This document shows positions 60,160 to 64,000 of a stretch of DNA of 64,000 nt, piece after piece (the stretch's first letter is position 1; every line of letters begins with the position of its first letter). A model generated the notes under the pieces. It was not told the DNA's origin, ran no database searches, and saw nothing but the letters and a program-made list of their open reading frames with translations. The stretch is from the NCBI GenBank assembly GCA_043228905.1, contig JBHGNT010000015.1, forward strand, positions 15,500,001 through 15,564,000. The letters run 5' to 3'. Source of the stretch: Azolla caroliniana (lineage: Eukaryota; Plantae; Polypodiophyta). Made by a program: the position numbers and the translations under genes.

Positions 60160-62126
60160 CTAGTTACCGATTGCCAGCTCTCGTATTTCTCCTTTACTCG
60201 CAATCCCCTCCGTTTCTCTTGCTATGTCGACTTTGTCTCTCCATTTTGAGCACATCCATTCTTTCCACCTGAACCATTCTCGCCATCCGATCCACCATAG
60301 TCTTCGTTCACTGTTTGCATGGCCATGGTCGGTTGTCATGGCTCCTTGTGATCCTGTGGTAGTGTGCCTGTTTGGCCTCGTCCTTGTCTTTATCAATGTC
60401 GATTTCTTTTCGAATCTCCGGTTGAGTCGGATTAGTTTCTTTCTGAATTGGTGTCGTCCGATCGTCTTTCGGTTGGATCGACTTCCGTTCCGATTCGTAT
60501 TCGGCCGATTCGGACTCGGTTGATCGGTTTTTACCAATCCGGTCCCCTTTCGGGTCGGTTTCGACCAATCGGTTTTCATCCGTATTTGCTTCCTTTTCCT
60601 CGTTTTCACCAGCCTCAACCAGTTCGACCTCTGACACTTCTTTCCGGATCGGTCTCGTTCGGTCGGCTTTCGGTTAGAACGTATTAGCTTCTTTCCGATT
60701 CGGTCTCGTCCGAATGCCTTTTGGTTAGATTGGCTTCCGATCAGATTCATATTCGGTTGAATTGGACTCGGTTGATCGGTTTGGACCGAGTTGGCCCCCT
60801 TTCGGGTCGGTTTTTGTTTAGATCGGAATTTCATCCAAATCATCTTCCATCCGAACCGGGTTCCGACTTTACCGTTCTTGCCGCCACCTCCCGTCTCTCT
60901 GGTCTCACGTTGGTACTCGGACACAACCGCCAAAGTCTCTAGAATTAGTGGGCAGGAATCCTTGGTATTACCGTCCTCCATCGTTTTAGCCATAGCCACC
61001 TTCTCGGCTATCTCTCCGTCATATGCATCGGCATCAACCTTTGTTTTCTCTCCGCCACCTTCCGTCTCTTCGGTCTCACGTTGCCTTTCCGACGCAACCG
61101 CCGGAGTCTCTGAAATTAGTGATGGGAAAATCTCGATATGGTCATCCGACATTGATTCGTCCATAGCCACCTCCGATTCGATGTAATCTTTTGCAGCGAC
61201 CTCCTTAATCAAGTCCACCTCGCACTCTTTATCTCCATCAATATGAAAGCATCTATTATGCTTACCTCTTTCTCATCCGATGTCTTGAACACTCGTATCC
61301 CAAAATCTTCTTCTACACTTGAAGTGGTGTTCACCACTCTTAACTTATTGGCCTTATCCTTTGCCGTCGTTCTTTCGCAAGACAAGAGGGTAGCTTGTTC
61401 TACACCCTCTCCCGTGGTACCTTCGTATTGTATTTCGGCCTTTATGTTGGCTACATCGTTTGTCCTCAATCGACCATCCTTCATGAGCCATGTGGTTGTT
61501 GACAAGATTCTCATCTTCCTCTCATCATGTCTCTGGCATACCCTTTCGACTTCGGCCCAATCCTTGATAAGACCGTTCGCACCGTCATCATCTTCGAGCT
61601 CGATCCCGATGTCCATCTTTTCTTTCCGATCAATCGATCTTACGAACATTAGGACTTTATCCTCCCCCACCAATCGTTGTTCCCGCTCCAAGAGTCGAGC
61701 AAAGTGATGCTCGAACTCTAGGAATGCTTGCGTTGCACTTCGGTGGGTCTTCTCTAATGCCACCCATTCATCGAACTCTCGCTGATATCGTCCCTTCGAT
61801 CTCTCGTAGTCATATGCCTCTCATAAAGCTTCTTCAAAGGACCCCCATGTTGGGTTTTGTTGTCGTATCTTGTAGATTTTCTCTTGTAACCCATCCGTGG
61901 CTACCCGGCTGAAGGAATTCACTTGCAATCCTTCCAGTATCCCACATCGCGTCATCTTTGCCTTTTAATCATGTAGATAGCGTGACACATCATTTTCGTT
62001 GAATTTCCCATTTCGTTGCACAAGTCGCTCTACTGCCGACTTCATCTCTGACATCGCACGTTGCTCTTGTTGCATCCGCTCAATCATCATCATCATTATG
62101 CTCATCGCCTCTTGTTGATTCTCCAT
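60160..62126 (-). pseudogene. Gag-like sequence of H with a long low-complexity acidic-then-basic tail
   Basis: GKFNENDVSRYL, VLMFVRSIDRKE and ELEDDDGANGL..DW match G and E Gag; 352-aa downstream ORF with internal repeats. Confidence 0.8.
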
Positions 62127-62666
62127 CTCCTTGCCACCCGCTTTCACGTCAGGTTCACCACTTGTGTCGTGCCTTTCAGCGCCAAATCGTTGCGTGAGTC
62201 GGGTGGGAACCACTGGGGTTTTGGACTAGGACGAGGAGGAATTTGAGAAGAGTCTAGTTATGTATAGATTATTAGAAGCTTGTGAATCCCACAAGTATTA
62301 TATTATTTCGTGAATCCCACGAATATAGTTTATTGATTGTTGGTGTTTTAGGAAATATATCCAATTTCCAAGTATTTCACACCCCTTACGTTGTGCTCCC
62401 CATCCTTATGTAGTGATGAGGGAGTCTTAGTAATCCATGCGTTTTCTCTAAGTATAGACTCCATGCTTTTTCTATAGATAGACTATATGCATTATCTAAA
62501 GTTATCGTGCTTTTTCAAACTTGTGCGTTTTTTATTGACTATAGCGTTCATGCACGCTAGATGTGCATGCGTAGCCTTTTCTTTTAGCATGCGTTTTTCT
62601 TTTAACTAAAGTTTATCCTAGATGAACTTAGCTTTCTATATGGGACATCTACTTTTTACCACTAAT

Positions 62667-62753
62667 GAAATGCTAGTGTAATGGTAAGGTTTCACATTAT
62701 TAACATGGAGGTGCAAGGTTCGAATCTTGCCCTATGCATGTATTATTTATTTT
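62667..62753 (+). ncRNA. tRNA-like Pol III cassette (A box, B box, T-run) in the 5' LTR of H
   Basis: TAGTGTAATGG 62674-62684; GGTTCGAATCT 62717-62727 inside a GCAAG/CTTGC stem; TTTT 62750-62753. Confidence 0.62.
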
Positions 62754-62929
62754 GACATTTTCTTCTATTTCTTCATATTTACTAAAACGTTACTTTATAA
62801 GTTTTTCATGTAGTGTACGAAATACACTACGACAACGGCAGCAGTCGACACATTGCACATAGTTGTCACAAAAACTTTCCCACAAAGGGGGGAGACTACT
62901 CATTAAAATCATGGCTTTTAGTTCACTGC

Positions 62930-63340
62930 AACGGTCGTGACACGGTCTCTCTGCAACGGTCGTGCGCTACGCTGTCGTTGCTGCCGTTTGCAACGTCTAT
63001 CGCCGCCTGCTACCGTGCTGCACTCTCTCTCTCTCTCCCCCCCATTGTGCTGTCGTCTATTGCCGCGCTGCCGCCTCTGACGTCCATCGCCGTCTACTGC
63101 CGTCTGCTACCGTCTGCTGACGTCCGTCTTCATCTGCTACCGTCCATCGCCGTCTGCCGACGTCCGTCGCCGTCTGCGTGTTGGACGACCTGCTGCCGTT
63201 CGTCATCGTTCATCGTAGTCGCCATTGCTGTTGCCGTGTTCTTCTCCTTCTTGTTCTTGAGGTTGCCGAGTGTCGTGTTTCTTTTCTTGGCGGCACATCC
63301 TTGTTCTTTTAGCGTGATCGTCGTGTGCAAAATGCCGATG
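62930..63340. repeat. GC-rich low-complexity (GCCGTC/CTGCC-type) tract
   Basis: Short degenerate trinucleotide/hexanucleotide repeats; origin unclear. Confidence 0.55.
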
Positions 63341-63419
63341 TGACTACGACATACACACAAACTCGGCTAAGTCTCGAACCCATTTATTTTATCCTTTTTT
63401 TTTACTTATTGACACTACA

Positions 63420-64000
63420 ATGTCTAAATGAAAGGAACATAAGGATACACAAGACGAGGCTATAAGTAAGGAGGACTTTTTGGATATGTTTAACCGTTTA
63501 ACAAAAATAGAGATGGATATGAAAAAAAAGGGTGAAAGACGCCGAAACCCACAAGAAAAAAGATAGAGATGAAAAAGACACCCTCAAGGCCGAAATAGAA
63601 AAACTTAAAGAGGAAAACACAAACCTCAAACAACACCTTAATGACATCAAGGTACCTTGAGAGGACGGTGAAATATCCTCCATAGAGGATATAAAAGATG
63701 AGAGATTAAAAATAACATAGAGTTAGCAAAAACGGGTTGGGTAGATGTGGTTAAAAGAAACACTAAAAAAGAAATAAAGGATGAAAATATTGTTAATACC
63801 ACCCTCGAAGAGGAGAAAATGCGCCAGGCCCGACGCCTAAATGTGTGTGTCATTGGGCTCAAGGAAGGTGCATCCCTGGACGAGGATGCACAAACACTCG
63901 GGAAAATGTTAGGGTACACAACGACCCTACCTATCACCAAAGCTTGGAGGGCCGGATGTGACACAACTAGGAAGAGAGCCTTAGTTCTTCAATTTAAAGA
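63420..64000 (+). mobile_element. LINE ORF1 remnant (coiled coil plus RRM-type start), runs off the window
   Basis: LKAEIEKLKEENTNLK coiled coil; WVDVVK; EEKMRQARRLNVCVIGLKE..KAWRAG..RALVLQF; stops and frameshifts present. Confidence 0.68.

Larger units (their letters stand above)
59093..62834 (-). mobile_element. Non-autonomous Gag-only LTR element H of the Trp-primed Gypsy group
   Basis: LTRs 59093-59970 and 62165-62834; PBS-Trp 62143-62160; PPT ~59971-59985; 4-bp TSD ACGG at 59089-59092 and 62835-62838; no pol motifs. Confidence 0.9.
58205..62920 (-). pseudogene. Old Copia gag-PR remnant (58205-59092 and 62839-62920), split by H
   Basis: AMILMSSLPP.W..; TAAVKYSEV across the H site; WLLNSGASYH; ISIGQLDEDG; LWHSQLG. 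Confidence 0.8.

Noticed and set aside
62667-62740. Bona fide tRNA gene
   Set aside because: No acceptor stem and an 11-nt anticodon-position loop; retained only as a tRNA-like Pol III cassette.

Overview
The window is almost entirely a heterochromatin-type stack of nested LTR retrotransposons from a eukaryote. It is very probably a non-seed land plant (inferred from Met-i primed Copia, a self-priming Tcn1-like chromovirus and tRNA-Trp primed Phygy-like Gypsy occurring together). I found no intact host gene. Most junctions resolve to the base with target-site duplications (TSDs). Nest 1: Copia A (1142-29597, -) contains Copia B (1855-7355, +, holding a solo LTR) and Copia C (10802-28655, -). 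C's 5' LTR holds the young Copia D (16045-28490, -), whose gag-pol holds a very young, apparently intact Gypsy E (19659-26784, -). Further right: a decayed Trp-Gypsy J, solo LTRs, a ~448-bp satellite, Copia F with Gag-only element G inside, chromovirus I, recombinant Copia K, a 261-bp triplication, a chromovirus remnant, a second Gag-only element H and a LINE ORF1 remnant. The most interesting system is the tRNA-Trp primed Gypsy group: autonomous E plus pol-less G and H. All three made 4-bp TSDs of the form ACGN (CpG-centred). They share a U5 motif and a covarying CCGG-loop hairpin beside the PPT. E expresses Pol via a GGAUUUU -1 frameshift. G and H each captured the U3 module of a Copia LTR. 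Both LTRs of H carry a tRNA-like A-box/B-box Pol III cassette. Lineage names come from motif recognition, not database searches.
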